The notes beneath the pieces are model-generated. The model was not told where the DNA came from. It searched no databases and was given only the letters and a program-made list of their open reading frames with translations. Below are positions 60,651-64,000 of a stretch of DNA of 64,000 nucleotides, one piece after another; position 1 is the stretch's first letter; the number at the start of each line of letters is the position of its first letter. Source of the DNA: Guillardia theta CCMP2712 (Eukaryota; Protista; Cryptophyta); NCBI RefSeq assembly GCF_000315625.1, contig NW_005434598.1, forward strand, positions 214,809 to 278,808, written 5' to 3'. The translations under genes and the position numbers were made by a program.

Positions 60651-63569
60651 TGTCACTGCTAGCCGAGAACATCAGGAGCAGAAGCCGGTGCTTTGGCCCG
60701 GATATGCAGAGGGGAAGGAAGAACGATGATTCTTGAGAGTACAAAGAAAGTATCCATCACGAACGTTGACCTAACTCATCATGATGATATGAACATTGCA
60801 AACGCATCACTGGCCCTCTTGCCGCACCGTCCCGGATATCAGTTCGTGAATCCATTGCTCTTTCACAAACAAAGAGTTTTCATCTGACAGTTCAAATCCT
60901 CCATTCTATACTGCGATCCTTGCGCACTTGAGCTCTATTTGCTTTCCTCTCACGTCTCCTCTTCATCTCTCCCTCCTCAATCCCGTCTGTTCCTCACTCA
61001 GCCCGACTGACTTGTTCGGCTCTACCTCACCATTCCTTCTACATCCCTCTATACCGACACTTCTCCTCGCTTCCATGGTTCCATTGACGCATACCATTGC
61101 TTCCTCTTCCATCTCGCATCCCATTCTCCCCTCCTCCTTCCCTCCCTTGGCTCCCGCGCTCTCCCTCTTCCCTTGCATGTGAGGCCTGCTATAGGACCTT
61201 GCATATTATACCAAATCTCCCTCGAAATATCCACCTTTAATTTCAAATACTAAGATAATATCTCAGCAGGTGGCATAATCTGTATGAAATCTTATCATGA
61301 ATTTCAAGATGCCCGGTGGAATTTTAGCACTTATCCCTCAAAATGTAAAACTTTTTAAGTTTCCCAGCCTTCCCAGAGTTGAACTTTTTCCAAATAAATT
61401 CCAGATAACAATTTCAAATTTATCAAAACCAATTAGACAGAAAATTTGAAAGAGTCATCTTTCTGCCTACGCTCCGGTAGGCAATGGACTGGACGTATCT
61501 ACAGTCGTCAAATTACTGAAGAAAATTTGAAATATTTCAAAAAGCTTGCGACCATTTCGAAAATGGTGTACCCCATGGGAATATTATCACTTACACATGC
61601 TTACGACTACCCCTGCCCCTATTTTACCAACAAGTACCCCCCATTTTCTACTCAAAAGAGTCTGTCGAGGTAGGGTACATACATTTGTGTACCCCTATGT
61701 TTTGCGTCCACATCCGACTACTCCCAGTGCACGATCTAAACTACCCCTACCCTACCATTCCACATCAAAAAGAGGTATTGATATACCCCTCCTTTGTGCA
61801 CACCAGATGGGGGTGTACACACTGACCCCCGGTTAGTCGCATACCCATGAAATCATTTAGTCTTGAGGGGGTACTCAGATAGTACCGGTACTGAGAATGC
61901 TACCCAACAATCTGGGGTACTATAGAACTATGAAGTACCGGTGCGTTTTCCTAAATACTAACACTCTGACATAGCGTCATCACCCCTACCACTTCAAAAT
62001 CATATAAGATATGGGGTAGTCTTTGAATTATTGAAGTACCCACAAATCATAGGAACTTTGATATGTAAAAATTAGGGTAGGGTACAGTACCCTCACCTAT
62101 CTGGAGGAAGGCCTAAGTAGGGGTATACAAAAGAAATGGAAGAGGCCATGCTACGCTGTGGGCGCATCCCAAGGACTGGTTCTTTGCGATGCTGAACTAC
62201 CGAACACAGCGTGTCCTGCCGCTATCCATGATGCTGCTGATGCTGCCGCTGATGATCCACTACCTCCTCATCCTCATCTTCTCCTCACTGTGCTCCTTCA
62301 ATGTGTGTCCCTGCATGGATATCCACTACAGGCCCAGGATCCGGCTACTCCCATGCTCCTGATAGTCTGCACCCCTTGTGCTCTCTCGACTGCTCTACCG
62401 ACACTCTCTTGGTCGGTGTTTTCGCTCAAGTCCTCACATTCTTTGCTTCATAATCAAATGCAGTGGGCTGGTAGAGCCTTGAGCGTCTTTCCTCCCCAGG
62501 ATCCGGACATACCTTTCTGTGTTAGTGTGTATTTTCTATCCACACGCTGTTGCGATAGAGATTTTCTTGGCTATCAGCAGCGGAGGCTGAGGCAGAGATA
62601 CAGGCAGAGTCAGGCAGAGAAAGGGACAGAGGAAAGGACCGAGGCACAGGAAGAGGCATAGGAAGAATCGATAAAACGATTCTCCGTGCATGCTGTGCGA
62701 ATATCTATATATGATCTGCAGGATGATTGTAGTTTCCAAACCTCCTTTAAACAATTATGTCAGCATGCTTCTTATTATGAAAAGAGACGATCATGACATT
62801 AGGGATGGTTCAAGTCTTGTTTCATCACAGCCTTAGCTACCTTGTTGTGTGTAGATTGACTGAAACTTTTGTTCACTGTGTTTGTCTTCATAGAGCTGGC
62901 GAGGAGGATGAAGCAATCGTGCGATGGGCCTGATGACTGGTCCCTGAGCTTTCCCAAGGAAAATTGATTGTTTCAGGTGTGTTGTCAGTGACTGAGGGCG
63001 TCGAAGATTCTAACAATATCCCATGTAGCCTCACTGTCTCAATGTTCTCCCTTCAGTCTTCCAACAAGACACCACACAACATGTCATGAAGAACGCAAGT
63101 ACAATGTTTCACTCCAGATTCCTGTTGTTGGTGAGGAATTTTTGAGCTTCCAACCGATGCTCGACTGATCGCTGCATTCAAGATTTTCTTCTTCCTCCTT
63201 CTTTCAAACTTCTGTTCTGCTCATTTTCTCGATAGCAAGTTAGTCGGTGAGGACTTGTTGTCACTACCTCTTGTCCGTGTTCAACTCACCTACTACCAAC
63301 AAGACACACGCTCACCGCAATTGTGGAAGAACGTGTTCTTGTGCGGAACAGAGCTGGAGCAGTTGGAGGAGGTGAACATGACCTGCTGCTTCATCTGAGG
63401 ATGTGAAGACGTGATTGTCAGATCTACAAGATACAATGGGACTTCTCCCACCTAGACAAGGAGTTGCAGGTTGACAATGCCCCGTCCACTCCTCCACCCC
63501 GCCGCCCCCTTTCCTCCCTCCCTCCCTTCAGCACTTCCTCCCTCCCTCTCGCTCCCAACCGCCCGCCCT

Positions 63570-63634
63570 CACTCACTCACTCACTCACTCACTCACTCAC
63601 TCACTCACTCACTCACTCACTCACTCACTCACTC
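63570..63634. repeat. (CACT)n microsatellite
   Basis: Perfect tetramer run. Confidence 0.95.
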
Positions 63635-64000
63635 CATCGCTTCCCCCTCCTTCACTACTTGGTTTGGTGAAGATCACTTTGTTGGGAAAGGTCGGAAAGA
63701 TTTGCTGCCAAGAGCTTCAGCCGTCACATATGGTAAGAGGAAGTTTGAACATGATGAGGCGTCAAAAACAACTCGTTTACTCATACTCAGCTCATAATTG
63801 ACTTGTCATACAAGGTCTATCTCTTTGGAAGCACAGAACCGCAAATGTTTCCGATTTCACCGAATCAAACGACGGTGATGACGATAGTAGTAGTGGTGAT
63901 GATGATGGTGTGAAGAGAGGAGGAGGAGGAGGAGGAGGAGGAGGAGGAGGAGATTCAAGGGGAGCGCGAGAATGATGGCAGCAGTATAAGAAGAATCTCT

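Noticed and set aside
62137-64000. Possible plus-strand gene at the window end
   Set aside because: Some splice-like signals, but no consistent frame or recognisable domain could be assembled
1-64000. tRNA/rRNA genes
   Set aside because: No cloverleaf or rRNA signature recognised by eye; tRNAscan-SE/Infernal would be needed to exclude them

Overview
Gene-dense eukaryotic nuclear DNA. Short GT-AG introns loaded with simple repeats, bipartite signal+F transit peptides and cilia genes suggest a cryptophyte alga such as Guillardia/Hanusia (inferred, not proven). Four 100-N assembly gaps are present. Manual splicing recovers about 13 recognisable genes: a SHAQKY-class Myb factor, a catalytically dead JmjN/JmjC protein with a zf-4CXXC_R1-like finger, a stand-alone plant-type tRNA-ligase kinase module, a short CEP104-like protein, a UAA/SLC35B transporter, IFT46, an intron-fragmented TBP-like gene with giant-virus-type signatures, a secreted LysM protein, a FemAB-like (DUF482) protein, an isochorismatase x2 - TIR x2 - guanylate cyclase fusion, two convergent HMG-box paralogs, an Sfi1-like repeat protein and an ABC1/ADCK kinase. 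The strongest candidate for a new system is the cysteine-hydrolase(pseudo)x2-TIR-TIR-guanylate cyclase signalling protein (38611-42164). The virus-type TBP-like gene and the nested inverted-repeat HMG locus come next. All domain calls rest on motif recognition by eye and need HMM or structure confirmation.
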